From Caldisericota bacterium (GTDB lineage: Bacteria; Caldisericota; JANLFM01), in the NCBI GenBank assembly GCA_024655865.1, contig JANLFM010000009.1, positions 2,000-65,999 of the forward strand: a stretch of DNA of 64,000 nt, written 5' to 3'. Positions 41,404-52,649 of this stretch are shown piece by piece; position 1 is the first letter of the stretch; every line of letters begins with the position of its first letter. A program made the position numbers and the translations under genes. Under the pieces are notes generated by a model. The model saw only the letters and a list, made by a program, of their open reading frames with translations, was not told the DNA's origin and did no database searches.

Positions 41404-43459
41404 GATTTCCTCCTCGTTTTTTGATTATCCTTGCGTCTCCTATTAAAACTCCTTTTTCCAGGAGGAATACCGGGTTTAAATCCATCTCCTCAATTTCGGG
41501 GTAAAGGAAGGGCATAAGGGAGACTTTTATAAGGAGATCGATTAAAGACTCCAGATCGCAGGGTTTCTGTCCTCTTGCCCCCCTCAGGATTTGGGAAAGT
41601 TTTGTTCCTTCGACCAGAGAGAAAGCATCTTCCCGGTCCAGCGGTGCTAATTTTAAGGAGAGATCCCGCACGATCTCGGTGAAAATTCCCCCCAGGCCGA
41701 AAGCGACCACGGGACCAAACTGTGGATCCCGGTAAATCCCTACTAAAGCCTCATGGAGCGGATGGATCATGGGGAAAAGGGTGACCCCTAAAAAACGCAT
41801 TCCTGCGGCTACTTCCTTTAACCTGCGGAAACTATCTTGAGCACCAGCCTGATCCCTGATGTTGAGGATAACGCCTCCCAGGTCTGATTTATGGATAACG
41901 TCCGGCGAGACCACCTTCATCACCACGGGGTAACCTATTTCCTCTGCAGCCTCTGAGACTTCCTCCTCGTCCCTTGCGAAGCGAAACTCGGGAACAGGTA
42001 GGCTATTTTCTTTGAGAAATTGGAACACTTCGGGCTCCAGCTCGGGAAATTTCCAGCTTATCCCTTTTCTTTTAGGTTCAGGCGGGGGCAAGGGCTCCTT
42101 TATTTTTGCCTTTCGCGCTTCGTACTCGCTCATCCAGTAAATTACCTTGATCGCTCTTTCCCCGGTGAGGAAATTGGGAATCCCGTTCTGCTTCAGGAAG
42201 CGCACTCCCTCTTCCACGGTTTTTCCCGCAAGGAAACTGGCCAGGATCGGTTTCCCGGTTTCCCGAAAGGCATCCACAATCCCGCGCGCCAGGGCTACGG
42301 AATCCAGGAAAGGCGTACCTACGTTGATGGCAATCGCGGCATCATAGCCTGGAAACTCGCCGGTTTCTGTTAATCCCAAAATCAGGCTGCGGCGGAAGTT
42401 CTCCTCCGTCCCCTCAACGGTCAAATCCACAGGGTTTTTCAGGGAGCACCTCTCGGAAAGGATCTGTCCTAACTTTTCCTTCAGGGGAGGCGTTGGTTCT
42501 GAGACTTCCAGGCCAAGCTCTTCCGCTTTGTCCGCAGTGAGCACTCCCGGTCCTCCAGAGTTTGTGACGATAAAGACCCTCTTTCCTTTCACGGAGGGAA
42601 GGGTGGAGAATCCCTTGCAGAGGTCGAACATTTCCTCAATTCCTTCCACACGGATGGCACCGGTCTCTTTGATAGCAGCGTCGAAGACCTCATCCGATCC
42701 TGCCATGGAGCCCGTGTGAGACAGAGTAGCCCTTTGCCCGGCCTGTGATTTTCCAGATTTGATCACCACCAGAGGTTTACGCTGGGAAACCTTTCTCATG
42801 GCCTCAAGGAGTTTCCTCCCCCTCCTGGCGCTTTCCAGATAAAGGGCGACCACCCTGGTTTCAGGGTCCTCTCTCAAGTAGTCCAAAAGTTCAAGATCAT
42901 CGATATCAGCACCGTTCCCGTAGCTCACGAATTTAGAAAAGCCCAGCCCCTGTTCCTCTGCCCAGGAAAGTACTGCTCCTCCTAAGGCTCCGCTTTGGGA
43001 GATGAAAGCCGTGCATCCTGAAGGGGGTCTGGTTTCCAGGGTGGCGAAAAGTTTGTGGCTTGTATTCACGATTCCCGCGCAGTTGGGCCCCACAAAGCGT
43101 AGGGAGTACTTTTTGGCAATTCTGAGGAGCTCTTTTTCCCCCTCCACGTTCCCGATTTCCGAAAAGCCCGCGGAAATGATCACAGCATCTTTCACGCCGT
43201 TTTTGCCGCAATCCTCAAGCACTTCCTTCACAGTAAAAGCAGGGGAGGCGATGACCACTAAATCCAGCTCTTCCCCGATTTCCCCCGCGGAGCGAAAGCC
43301 GGGGACTGATAATGCTCCTTGGCCTTTAGGATTCAAGGCGTAGACTTTCTCAAAACCGCCCTCTAAGAGCTGCTTGATTAAAAAGTAACCCAATTTGCCC
43401 TCGGAGACCGAACCTGCTACAGCCACCGAGCGGGGGTAGAAAAGTTCTTTAAAGCTCAT
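41390..43459 (-). CDS. ADP-forming acyl-CoA synthetase (fused alpha/beta ACD)
   Basis: PRSVAVAG, GPNCAG, SQSGA, SHTGSMAG phospho-His, HKSD, DLNP. Confidence 0.93.
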
Positions 43460-44070
43460 AATTCCAGATTATAACCTGCTTTCAGGGCAAAGAGGTTCCT
43501 TGAGGTGAACCGCTTAAAGCGATTCTTCAGAGCTTCCTCCACAGCGGAAAAGGTTACCACTTTTCCCAGAGAGGTTCTCCTCAGGGCGATCCCTAAAAGG
43601 AAGATATTGTCAGGAGCCGGGTTTCCTTCAAAATCAGCGAGGAGGGAGGGAGAGACAACGATGAATTTCCCCTGAGCGGTTTGAACCTGTTCCTTAACCA
43701 CCTCTAATTCCGGATAGAAGGCCTGGCCGAGCATAACCGCGGTGGGCGCCCAGATATAGTCCCAGAGGAGGAAATCCCCTCCGGGCTTCAAATACCTGAC
43801 AGCTTTCAGGGACTCCGAGCGCTCCATGGCCAATACCAGGTGGGCACCCTTTTCTGGAATGGCTGGCCCCACGAGGTCCTTTCCAATCCTGAGCTGGGCT
43901 TTTACGAAGCCTCCCCTCTGGGCCATGCCTTTTGTGGGGTAGAAATTCACGGGGATACCCTGAAGGTTAACGGCCTGGGAGACGATTTCCCCGATTGTCA
44001 GGATTCCCTGTCCACCCACTCCCACAAGATAGATGTTGTAGGGATATTCTGGATTCCCGATCGCTTGCAT
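43456..44070 (-). CDS. iorB: Indolepyruvate:ferredoxin oxidoreductase subunit beta
   Basis: GVGGQGIL, GMAQRGG, NIFLLG. ATG at 44070 follows GAGGAGG, so the track start is too long. Confidence 0.9.
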   Translation of the reverse strand: MQAIGNPEYPYNIYLVGVGGQGILTIGEIVSQAVNLQGIPVNFYPTKGMAQRGGFVKAQLRIGKDLVGPAIPEKGAHLVLAMERSESLKAVRYLKPGGDFLLWDYIWAPTAVMLGQAFYPELEVVKEQVQTAQGKFIVVSPSLLADFEGNPAPDNIFLLGIALRRTSLGKVVTFSAVEEALKNRFKRFTSRNLFALKAGYNLEL

Positions 44071-44072
44071 GA

Positions 44073-45950
44073 TCAGGCCTCCTCTCTTTCTAAGGCCTTG
44101 TACCCGCAGGTGAAAAGGCACAACCCGCACCCGTTGCATAAAGTCTGGTCTATTTCCATAGCCTTTTCCCCGATGCTCAGGGCCGGGCACCCCGTAATCG
44201 TGAGACACGATTTGCAGAGGGTGCACTTTTCTGGATTTACCTGTACTTTTCCTGTCCTTTCCCCTCTCCTCATAGCCTGGATGGCGCACTCCCTGCGGGC
44301 AAGGATCACCTTCACTCCTTCTAACTTCAGGGCCTTTAAGATAATTTCGCTCATCTTCCGGTAATCGTAGGGATCCACCACCCAGAAATTCTCTACCCCT
44401 AATCCGGGAATCAATTTCTCCAGATCTACCCTTCTTGATCCTTGAGGCAAAAATTTTTCACTGGTCCCGGGATTGAACTGCATTCCGGTCATGGCTGTCC
44501 AGCCGTTATCCATGACGATTAAGGTGAGGGGAACCTGATATTGGATGGCGTTGATTAAAGGGGGAATGCCCGCGTGGAAAAAGGTGGAATCGCCGATCGT
44601 GGCGATCACTGGTGAATTTATGCCCGCATGCACATAACCCTGGGCGATGCCAATGCTTGCTCCCATGGAGACCTCGTTCCAGACAGTGTTAAAAGGGGGG
44701 TTCATCCCCAGAATTGTGCACCCGATGTCTCCGGTAACCATTACCTGATCCTTTTTAAAACCGGCTTTTCTAATTCCGTTATTTATGGCCATGAAAGTTC
44801 CGCGATGAGGGCAACCTGCACAGACGGTGATCGGACGAGGAGCTGCCAGCTTTTCTGCCTGAATTCCGTAAAAAAGCTCAGGGGGAATCTTGAGGCCAAG
44901 GGCAGCGCTGATCCCGAATAATACCTCGCGCACGCTGTAATCCCCGATGCGCTCTAAAGTTCCGTCCAGTTTCCCCACGATCTTTCTTCTAAGCCCCAGT
45001 TTGTGGGCGAGGAGGATCAGGTTCTTCTCCATGTAAGGTTCCAGTTCCTCTAAGACCAGGATCAATTCGGAGTTTTCAAGAAGGAGCTTGGCCTCCTCTT
45101 CCGGGAAGGGATTGACCGAAACCACCTTCAAAATTGAGACCTCCTCAGGATCCAGCCCAAATTGAGAAGCCAGAAGAAGCCCCTCTTCCAGGTAAGAGTA
45201 GGAGACACCGCTAGCCAGAATTCCCAATTTGCCCCTTTTCTTGGAGAGCGAAAGTTCGTTCAGCCTCATTTCCCTGACGAGCTCTTTTGATTTTTCCAGG
45301 CGCTGGATCAGGTCCCTGTGCTGGGCCATGCAGATTAGAGCTCCGGCTTTGGTATACTTCTGGATATCCCTTTCGAGGAGAATCTCCCTTTCCAGGGGGA
45401 GGTAATATGGTAACTCCAGCTCCACCGGGGCATGGGATTGAGAAACTGCTGTGGTTAGCCTCAGAAAAACAGGGCTTTTTGTTTTCTCTGACAGTTCGAA
45501 GGCTTTGGGCACAAGTAGATAGGCTTCTTTAACGGAACACGCCTCGAGCATGGGGAGGTCGGACATAAAAGCGAAGCCCCTGGTATCCTGCTCGGCCATC
45601 CCCGCGCTCACTCCGGGGTCATCGGCCACATAAATCACCAGGCCCCCGTTGATTCCCGAGTAGGCTATGGAGATAACGGAATCGAAAGCCACATTCAAAC
45701 CTGACATCTTCATGGTTACGAGAGCCCTCTGACCTGCCCAGGCTGCTCCCGCTGCGATCTCAAAGGCCACTTTTTCGTTTGTGCTCCACTCCACATGGAC
45801 CCCTTTTTCCTTCCAGAGTTCCGGATGGGAAAGGAGGAAACCAATAGCTTCTGAGGATGGGGTTCCTGGATATCCTGTGATTACTTTCGCTCCGGCCCTG
45901 AGTGCTCCCAGCGCCAGAGCCTCATTCCCGGTGACGATTTCTTTGCTCAA
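44073..45950 (-). CDS. iorA: Indolepyruvate:ferredoxin oxidoreductase subunit alpha
   Basis: GYPGTPSSE, CAGCPHR, GDIGC, GDSTFFH TPP motif, C-terminal 2x[4Fe-4S] domain. Confidence 0.94.
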   Translation of the reverse strand: MSKEIVTGNEALALGALRAGAKVITGYPGTPSSEAIGFLLSHPELWKEKGVHVEWSTNEKVAFEIAAGAAWAGQRALVTMKMSGLNVAFDSVISIAYSGINGGLVIYVADDPGVSAGMAEQDTRGFAFMSDLPMLEACSVKEAYLLVPKAFELSEKTKSPVFLRLTTAVSQSHAPVELELPYYLPLEREILLERDIQKYTKAGALICMAQHRDLIQRLEKSKELVREMRLNELSLSKKRGKLGILASGVSYSYLEEGLLLASQFGLDPEEVSILKVVSVNPFPEEEAKLLLENSELILVLEELEPYMEKNLILLAHKLGLRRKIVGKLDGTLERIGDYSVREVLFGISAALGLKIPPELFYGIQAEKLAAPRPITVCAGCPHRGTFMAINNGIRKAGFKKDQVMVTGDIGCTILGMNPPFNTVWNEVSMGASIGIAQGYVHAGINSPVIATIGDSTFFHAGIPPLINAIQYQVPLTLIVMDNGWTAMTGMQFNPGTSEKFLPQGSRRVDLEKLIPGLGVENFWVVDPYDYRKMSEIILKALKLEGVKVILARRECAIQAMRRGERTGKVQVNPEKCTLCKSCLTITGCPALSIGEKAMEIDQTLCNGCGLCLFTCGYKALEREEA

Positions 45951-46062
45951 GAAATGCCCTCCGAATTAAGGTTTCTATCGCTAACAGACTATTACAAGTC
46001 TAAGGATTTTTGGAATCAATAGTCAACACCCAGGGGCGCTACTTTAGGGGTATAAAAGGGGA

Positions 46063-46815
46063 TCAGCCTAAGGATAAACCTCCGTCGATGATAAAAACCT
46101 GCCCGGTGATATAGGATGCCCGTGAGGAAGCCAGGAAACAAACTAGATCGGCTACCTCCTGGGCCTGACAGGCCCGTGAGAGAGGAATTCGACCAAGGTA
46201 TTTTTCCCTTAGGGAGGAAGGAAGGCTGAAGGTCATTTCCGTTTCCACAAATCCAGGAGCTACAACATTGACCAGAATCTGGCGGCGGGCTAACTCCCTG
46301 GCCAGAGAGCGAGAAAACCCCACGATTCCTTGCTTACAAGCAGCGTAAATGCTTTGTCCCGCTGAACCGATAACACCAATAACGGAGGAAATATTGATGA
46401 TCCTTCCCTCCTGCTGGCGAAGGAGATATCTGAGTGAAGCGCGGGTAGTGTAAATTGTGCCAAGAAGGTTAACTTCAACCTGGCGAGCGATTTCCTCCTC
46501 CGGAGCTTTAAGGAGCAAGTTATCCAGGGAGAGGCCAGCATTGTTCACAAGAATGTCCAGGCGGCCAAAGTGATTCATCACTCCCTGGAGCATGACCTCC
46601 ACTTCCTTGGGTCGGGAGACATCGGCTCGGAAAGCCCGGGCTTCTTTGCTTTCTTTCAATAAAGAGGCTACCACCTCCTGGGCTTCTTTCTCGTGAGAAC
46701 AAAAATTAATAGCAACCCGGGCTCCTTCTTTCCCTAAGGATAAAGCGATAGCTTTTCCGATCCCCCTTGAGGCACCTGTCACTAAGGCTACTTTTCCTTC
46801 AAGACCTAATTCCAT
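46063..46815 (-). CDS. fabG: 3-oxoacyl-ACP reductase
   Basis: TGASRGIG, NNAG, YAACK, VAPGFVETEM; inside the FAS cluster. Confidence 0.92.
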   Translation of the reverse strand: MELGLEGKVALVTGASRGIGKAIALSLGKEGARVAINFCSHEKEAQEVVASLLKESKEARAFRADVSRPKEVEVMLQGVMNHFGRLDILVNNAGLSLDNLLLKAPEEEIARQVEVNLLGTIYTTRASLRYLLRQQEGRIINISSVIGVIGSAGQSIYAACKQGIVGFSRSLARELARRQILVNVVAPGFVETEMTFSLPSSLREKYLGRIPLSRACQAQEVADLVCFLASSRASYITGQVFIIDGGLSLG

Positions 46816-48051
46816 TTAATCCTCGAATCTCCTTAAAATTAAGCAGGCATTATGCCCTCCGAAACCATAAGAAAGCTTCATGGCGCATTTGACCTCCTTA
46901 AAAATGGCTGTTTGGGGAACATAATTAAGGTCGCAATCTGGATCTGGATTCTCCAGGTTAATCGTGGGAGGGATGATGTTCTTTTCCAGGGGAAGAAGAG
47001 TGGCGATAGTCTCCACAGCCCCTGCGGCTCCCAGGAGGTGACCGATCATACTTTTAGTAGAGCTCACCGGTATGGCATAGGCCTGATCACGGAAGACCTC
47101 CTTTAAGACCATAGTCTCAATCTTGTCATTTAGAGGGGTCGAGGTACCATGGGCATTGATGTAGTCAATCTCCTCAATGGAGAGCGCCGCTTCTTTTAAA
47201 GCCTTTCTGATCATGCGAACCACCGCCTGTCCGGAAGGCTCCGGCGCGGTGATATGATAAGCATCTGTAGAGCAGGCATAACTGAGGATCTCAGCGTAGA
47301 TGTGAGCTCCCCTCTCTAATGCGCTCTCCAGGGACTCCAGGATGAGGATTCCTGCGCCCTCTCCCATGACGAAGCCGTCTCGGTAGAGGTCAAAAGGGCG
47401 GGAGGCTTTCTGGGGTTCCTCATTTCTGAAAGAGAGGGCCTTCATATTGGCAAAAGCTGCCATTGCTAAAGGAACGATGGGAGCTTCGGCCCCTCCGGTG
47501 ATGATCAGGCGTGCTTGTCCCCGCTTAATCGCCTGGTAGGCCTCTCCTAAAGCATGAAGGGAGCTGGCACAGGCGGTGACAGGGACGGAGGAGTAGCCTT
47601 GAGCCCGAAAGTGTATAGCGATCTGCGCGCAGGCGGCATTAACGATCATCATAGGAACCAGGAAAGGGCTCACCCGCTCTGAACCCCTCTGGGAAAGAAT
47701 TTCCTGCTGAGCCACAAGGGTTCCTAATCCTCCCACACCGGAGCTTACAATCACCCCAACATCCTCTCCTCCTTCACGGAGATTAGCATCATGGGCTGCC
47801 TGGATCGCTGCAGCCAGGGCGAATTGGGTAAAACGATCCAGTCTATTAGCTTCCTTTGAAGAGAAATAGTCTTTCCAGCAAAAATCTTTCACCTCGGAGG
47901 CGATGCGCACCGGAAAGGAAGAGGGATCGAAGAGGGAGATCCGGGTAACGCCCGAGTGACCCCGGATCAGATTCTCCCAGAAATCTTCCTTGTTCTGGCC
48001 TATGCTGGTGATGACCCCGATCCCGGTGATAACCACGCGCTTATAATCCAT
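46816..48051 (-). CDS. fabF: 3-oxoacyl-ACP synthase II
   Basis: TACASS, NAHGTST, GHLLGAAG, GFGGHN. Confidence 0.96.
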   Translation of the reverse strand: MDYKRVVITGIGVITSIGQNKEDFWENLIRGHSGVTRISLFDPSSFPVRIASEVKDFCWKDYFSSKEANRLDRFTQFALAAAIQAAHDANLREGGEDVGVIVSSGVGGLGTLVAQQEILSQRGSERVSPFLVPMMIVNAACAQIAIHFRAQGYSSVPVTACASSLHALGEAYQAIKRGQARLIITGGAEAPIVPLAMAAFANMKALSFRNEEPQKASRPFDLYRDGFVMGEGAGILILESLESALERGAHIYAEILSYACSTDAYHITAPEPSGQAVVRMIRKALKEAALSIEEIDYINAHGTSTPLNDKIETMVLKEVFRDQAYAIPVSSTKSMIGHLLGAAGAVETIATLLPLEKNIIPPTINLENPDPDCDLNYVPQTAIFKEVKCAMKLSYGFGGHNACLILRRFED

Positions 48052-48302
48052 TAAGCCCTATCCTCTAAAGCCTTCTTCAAATAATCCACGGTCTCCTGGA
48101 CGGTTTTAATCTTTCCCGCATCGGAATCGGGGATTTTAATCTGAAAAGCGTCCTCAATGGCCATCACCAGATCCACCACATCCAGGGAGTCGGCGTTCAA
48201 GTCCTCCTGATAGCGAGCCTGAGGAGTTACCCTCTCGATTTCCACTCCCAAGCGTTCAGCCACAACTTCTTTTACCTTTTGTAAAATTTCTTGCTCTTGC
48301 AT
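48051..48302 (-). CDS. acpP: Acyl carrier protein
   Basis: DLNADSLDVVDLVMAIE. Confidence 0.95.
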   Translation of the reverse strand: MQEQEILQKVKEVVAERLGVEIERVTPQARYQEDLNADSLDVVDLVMAIEDAFQIKIPDSDAGKIKTVQETVDYLKKALEDRA

Positions 48303-48329
48303 TTTTTATCCTCCTTTGGCTGTTGATCT

Positions 48330-49250
48330 TTAGACCGGTACCGTTTCTTTTTGATAGACTTCTTCTACTGATAGGGCTCGAATCCCAGGCAGGGTCTTCT
48401 TGACCAGTCCTGTGAGAACGGCCTTCGGCCCTAATTCCCACATATCTTCTACCCCCAATAGGTGTAGTGTCCTTAAAATTCCTACCCAATTTACTGGATG
48501 ATCGATTTGGAAGGTGAGGGCTTCCCGAATAACCTCTTTGTCCCTGGTGGGTTGGAGGTTGGCGTTCAGCACCACAGGAAGGCGAGCATCTCTTAAGGAA
48601 ATTTTTTCCAGTTCCTTAGAGAACCGCTGGGCTACTTCAGCCATCATGGAGGAATGGAAAGGGGCGGAGACGGGAAGAAACTTAACGAATCGAGCTCCCT
48701 TTACCATGGCTATCTCCTGTGCCCTCTGTAATGCAGTTAATTCCCCGGAAAGGACTACCTGTTCTGGAGAGTTGATGTTGGCCAGCTCTATTTTCCCAAA
48801 AGAGCAAGCTTCCTCCACCACCTCTTCTGTTTTTTCTTTACAAAGACCTATAATTGCTAACATCCCTCCTGGTATTTCTGCCATTGCTTCCTTCATTAAA
48901 AGGCCCCGCCTGTGAACCAGCCATAAACCTTCCTCTAAATCCAGAGCCCCGCTTAAAACCAGAGCTGAAAACTCCCCTAAACTATGACCGCTGAGGAAGT
49001 CCGGTTGCACCCCTTCTTGCAGGAGGAACCGGGCCCAGGCCACAGAAACCATAAGGATAGCGGGCTGAGCGTTTTCAGTAGAAGTCAGTTCTTCTTCCTT
49101 TCCTTCTCCTGTTAAGGCATAAAGTGGAAAACCCAAGACTTCATCAGCTCTCTCGAAGATTTCCCGGGCCAAGGGGTAAACCCGCTCCACCTTTTTTGTC
49201 ATTCCAACATATTGGGAACCTTGTCCCGGGAAAAGAAATGCACAGGTCAT
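48330..49250 (-). CDS. fabD: Malonyl-CoA:ACP transacylase
   Basis: FPGQGSQ, GHSLGE, VSAPFHS. Confidence 0.96.
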   Translation of the reverse strand: MTCAFLFPGQGSQYVGMTKKVERVYPLAREIFERADEVLGFPLYALTGEGKEEELTSTENAQPAILMVSVAWARFLLQEGVQPDFLSGHSLGEFSALVLSGALDLEEGLWLVHRRGLLMKEAMAEIPGGMLAIIGLCKEKTEEVVEEACSFGKIELANINSPEQVVLSGELTALQRAQEIAMVKGARFVKFLPVSAPFHSSMMAEVAQRFSKELEKISLRDARLPVVLNANLQPTRDKEVIREALTFQIDHPVNWVGILRTLHLLGVEDMWELGPKAVLTGLVKKTLPGIRALSVEEVYQKETVPV

Positions 49251-49251
49251 C

Positions 49252-50163
49252 TTACTCCTCCTCTCCTACAATTTCTAAGATAATTTCTCTTACTGGCTTG
49301 ATCTCCTTAATCAATCCCGCTATCGCTCCTGCCATCACGGAGCCGTTCTCTACATCTCCCTCCACAGTGGCCATCCTCAGCCTCCCTTGGCCCAAGAGGT
49401 CCAGTTCCTCAGGAGAAGCTCCTGCCCTTTCCTTTTCTGCGTAGATGCGCGAGAAAGCATTTTTGATTACGCGCACGGGGTGACCAGTGGAGTAGCCAGT
49501 GACCACGGTATCCCGGTCTCCAGCTTTAAGGATTCTGGCCTTGTAAAGAGGATGCACCTCGCACTCTGCGGAACAGATGAAGCGCGTACCCACCTGTATG
49601 CCTGAGGCACCCAGGGCCAAAGCGGCCCGAAAACCTCTATTGTCAGCGATCCCTCCTGCGGCGATGACGGGGATTTTTACGGCGTCGACAACCTGGGGCA
49701 CTAAGCAGAAAGTACTAACGTCCCCTACGTGTCCACCAGATTCCCACCCCTCGGCTACCACTGCATCCACTCCCTGCCTCTCAAGCCTTCTGGCCAATGA
49801 AACGGAGGCCAGAACAGGGATCACTTTAATTCCTCTGGTTTTGAGCTCCTCAATATACGGTGAGGGATTTCCTCCTCCGAAGAAAACAACCGGAACCCAC
49901 TCTTCCAGGATGACCTTGATGGCTTCCTCAACAGTTGGAGAAAGAAGGACTATATTCGCCCCAAAAGGTTTGCTGGTAAGTTTTTTAGTCTCCTGGATCT
50001 GCTGACGAAAGAGCTCCGGGGGCATATTTCCTGCTGCCAGTACACCTAACCCTCCTGCTTCAGAAACGGCCGCTGCCAGACGGGGAGAGGAGACCCACGC
50101 CATACCTCCCTGGATGACAGGATAAGTTATGTCAAGAAGATGACAAAGCTTATTCTCGCTCAT
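49252..50163 (-). CDS. fabK: Enoyl-ACP reductase II
   Basis: IQGGMAWV, EGWESGGH, AAGGIAD, GHPVR; start taken at ATG 50163. Confidence 0.94.
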   Translation of the reverse strand: MSENKLCHLLDITYPVIQGGMAWVSSPRLAAAVSEAGGLGVLAAGNMPPELFRQQIQETKKLTSKPFGANIVLLSPTVEEAIKVILEEWVPVVFFGGGNPSPYIEELKTRGIKVIPVLASVSLARRLERQGVDAVVAEGWESGGHVGDVSTFCLVPQVVDAVKIPVIAAGGIADNRGFRAALALGASGIQVGTRFICSAECEVHPLYKARILKAGDRDTVVTGYSTGHPVRVIKNAFSRIYAEKERAGASPEELDLLGQGRLRMATVEGDVENGSVMAGAIAGLIKEIKPVREIILEIVGEEE

Positions 50164-51157
50164 TTTTTCCTCCCGACCAGCGAAGAACTGCTCCGCCCCA
50201 GGTAAAGCCGGCTCCAAAACCTAAAAGGAGCAGAAGATCGCCATCCTTGATTTTTCCTTCCCTTAAACTCTGGGAAAGGGTGAGGGGAATAGAAGCCGCA
50301 GAGGTATTCCCGATCGTCTCCAAAGAAAGAAGAACTTTTTCCATGGGGAAGCCTAAACGGGAGGCCACGGATTGGATGATACGGATATTTGCCTGATGAG
50401 GAAGAAGCCAGTCGATCTCCTTTAAATCCAAACCCGCCCTGCGCGTTGCTTCGAGACCGGAGAGGACCATTTTCTCCACAGCCCATTTAAAAACCAGACT
50501 CCCGTCCATCTTGATGTAGTGGAGCTTCTTTTCCACTGTTTCCAGAGAAGCCGGGAGATGGGAACCACCAGCGGGAAGCTCTAAATATTGGCCTCCTGTC
50601 CCGTCCGCTCCCAGGTAGAAGGAGAGGAGTTGGCTTTCACCATCTGTTCTTTCCAGAACCATAGCACCTGCTCCATCTCCCATGAGAACGCAGGTGGTTC
50701 TGTCCTTCATGTCGATAAACTTAGAAAGAGTCTCTGCTCCGATAACCAGAGCTCTCTGGAAGAGGCCATTTTCGATAAACTGGGAAGCGCAAGCTAAAGC
50801 ATAGATAAAACCGGAACAACCGGCAGAGATATCGAAAGCAGCAGCTTTCTTTGCCCTGAGCTTCTCCTGCACGGTGCAAGCTGTGGATGGAAAAAGGCGA
50901 TCCGGGGTGGCGGTGGCAACGATAATAAGATCAATTTCATCTGCCTTTAGGTTACTCTTCTTTAAGGCTTCTTGAGCTGCGAGAGTAGCAATGTCAGAGG
51001 TAGCCATGCCGTCCCGCACGAAGCGCCGCTCCCTGATCCCGGTGCGAGTCCTGATCCATTCGTCTGTTGTCTCCACATACTGTTCGAAGTAAAAATTGTT
51101 ATAAACGTCCTCTGGCAAGTAAGAGCCGAGTCCTAAGACTGAAGTTCCGTAGCTCAT
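50150..51157 (-). CDS. fabH: 3-oxoacyl-ACP synthase III
   Basis: AGCSGF, PHQAN, GNTSAAS catalytic triad. Confidence 0.96.
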   Translation of the reverse strand: MSYGTSVLGLGSYLPEDVYNNFYFEQYVETTDEWIRTRTGIRERRFVRDGMATSDIATLAAQEALKKSNLKADEIDLIIVATATPDRLFPSTACTVQEKLRAKKAAAFDISAGCSGFIYALACASQFIENGLFQRALVIGAETLSKFIDMKDRTTCVLMGDGAGAMVLERTDGESQLLSFYLGADGTGGQYLELPAGGSHLPASLETVEKKLHYIKMDGSLVFKWAVEKMVLSGLEATRRAGLDLKEIDWLLPHQANIRIIQSVASRLGFPMEKVLLSLETIGNTSAASIPLTLSQSLREGKIKDGDLLLLLGFGAGFTWGGAVLRWSGGKNERE

Positions 51158-51615
51158 TTAATCACCGCTAAAAGTTGGGCGGAGGCCACAAGCTCCCCCT
51201 GCACATGGATAGTGCTTTGACAGATCCCGGCATTTTCATGGTTGTGAGTCAAACGGCTCGTGATCACCAGCTGGTCTCCGGGGTACACGGGGCGGTGGAA
51301 GCGGGCTTTCTCCACTCCCCCCAAGAGGACCTCCTTTCCCTGGGATCCCTCCGCGCTCAGGAGGGCAATAGCCGCTACTTGAGCCATGGCCTCAAGGAGA
51401 ATGACACCGGGTACAATGGGGTGTCCCGGAAAGTGACCATTAAGGAAAGACTCGTTAATGGTCACGTTTTTAATCCCCTGGGCGTATTTTCCAGGCTCTA
51501 TTTCCACTATCCTATCCACGAAGAGAAAGGGAGGACGGTGGGGTAAAATTTTCATAATCTCTACTACATTCAGGGCCATGGGTTCCTCCTGTTCTTTTAA
51601 TTTTTTTGACGCCAA
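51154..51615 (-). CDS. fabZ: 3-hydroxyacyl-ACP dehydratase
   Basis: LPHRPPFLFVD, GHFPGHPIVPGVILLEAMAQ. Confidence 0.95.
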   Translation of the reverse strand: MASKKLKEQEEPMALNVVEIMKILPHRPPFLFVDRIVEIEPGKYAQGIKNVTINESFLNGHFPGHPIVPGVILLEAMAQVAAIALLSAEGSQGKEVLLGGVEKARFHRPVYPGDQLVITSRLTHNHENAGICQSTIHVQGELVASAQLLAVIK

Positions 51616-51745
51616 CGAACAGGTAGAAAGTTTCTCTTTAGAGGGGATTTCAATGATGACTTATCTCTTCGCCATGCTGGGAAAAGAGCCGAGATTCGCT
51701 TGGAGCTTATTCCATGGTGATCAATGGGGATAAGTTAAAGAATTT

Positions 51746-52642
51746 TTAAGGGTTCAACTTATCCAGGATTTCCTGGTGACTTCTGTGCACTAAATAAATT
51801 CCCACAAGCACGCAAATCCCAGCAAAGACCTGCTTGAAGGAGAGAGGCTCCCCTAATAAAGGCCAGGCCAGGATGCCGGTGAGCAATGGCTGTCCTAACA
51901 TGGTAGGGGAAACAAGGGAGGCAGGAAGGTGTCCTAAAGCGTAATTCAGAGACATCCAGCCAATCACCTGAGTGAAAACGCCGAAGCCCAGGAAGGAGAG
52001 GTAACTCTTTAAAGGATAACCAGTGAAGGATTGCCCGGAGATTAAAACCACCAGGGTTAAAAGGACTGTGGAACTCAAGGCCGCGATCCAGAAGTAGCTC
52101 AAGGAGTCCAGATATTCCCTTCCTTTTTGAGTGAGGAGCCAGTAAGCAGCGTAGAAGAAACCGGCAAGAAGTCCTAAAAAGGAGCCTATGCCAATGGCGC
52201 TACTCCTTTTAAGGTCTATCCCCAAGAGGAAAGCTGCTCCTGAAAGGGCGAGGATTACTCCTATCCAGAATCGGGGTTTTAGCCTGCGGCGGAAAATGAG
52301 CACCGTACCCAGTCCTACCCAGAGGGGAGCCGTGTTCGCCAGCAGCGTAGGGTTAACTACTTCCCCCATCATCACACCAGTAGTCCATAATCCGAGATCA
52401 CAGGCAAAAGCCAAACCGCCAAGGAGCGCAAGGATAACCCCTTTCCGGGAAGGCCTGGTATGAGAGTTCACTCTTTTTAAAAAGGGAAGGGCCATAAGGA
52501 CTGTGGCGATAGCCATGCGGTAAAAGCCGGTGACAATCCCAGGAGCATTGGCCCAGCGTACAAAGAAGGCCGCCATACTGAGCGCTAAAACCCCGACGAT
52601 CAGGGAGGTATAAATCAGGGTTTTGGATGAATTCCTACCCAT
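51746..52642 (-). CDS. EamA/DMT family transporter
   Basis: Ten TM segments, FYRMAIA, LGQPLL, GEPLS. The first 17 aa of the track ORF are transposase-derived, so the start is moved to ATG 52642. Confidence 0.88.
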   Translation of the reverse strand: MGRNSSKTLIYTSLIVGVLALSMAAFFVRWANAPGIVTGFYRMAIATVLMALPFLKRVNSHTRPSRKGVILALLGGLAFACDLGLWTTGVMMGEVVNPTLLANTAPLWVGLGTVLIFRRRLKPRFWIGVILALSGAAFLLGIDLKRSSAIGIGSFLGLLAGFFYAAYWLLTQKGREYLDSLSYFWIAALSSTVLLTLVVLISGQSFTGYPLKSYLSFLGFGVFTQVIGWMSLNYALGHLPASLVSPTMLGQPLLTGILAWPLLGEPLSFKQVFAGICVLVGIYLVHRSHQEILDKLNP

Positions 52643-52649
52643 ATCGTGT

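Noticed and set aside
44071-44289. Long N-terminal extension of iorB
   Set aside because: It overlaps the iorA ferredoxin domain; the RBS and ATG at 44070 fit better.
46063-51615. fab cluster as a type II PKS or other secondary-metabolite locus
   Set aside because: Canonical FAS-II set with intact motifs; no chain-length factor or tailoring genes.
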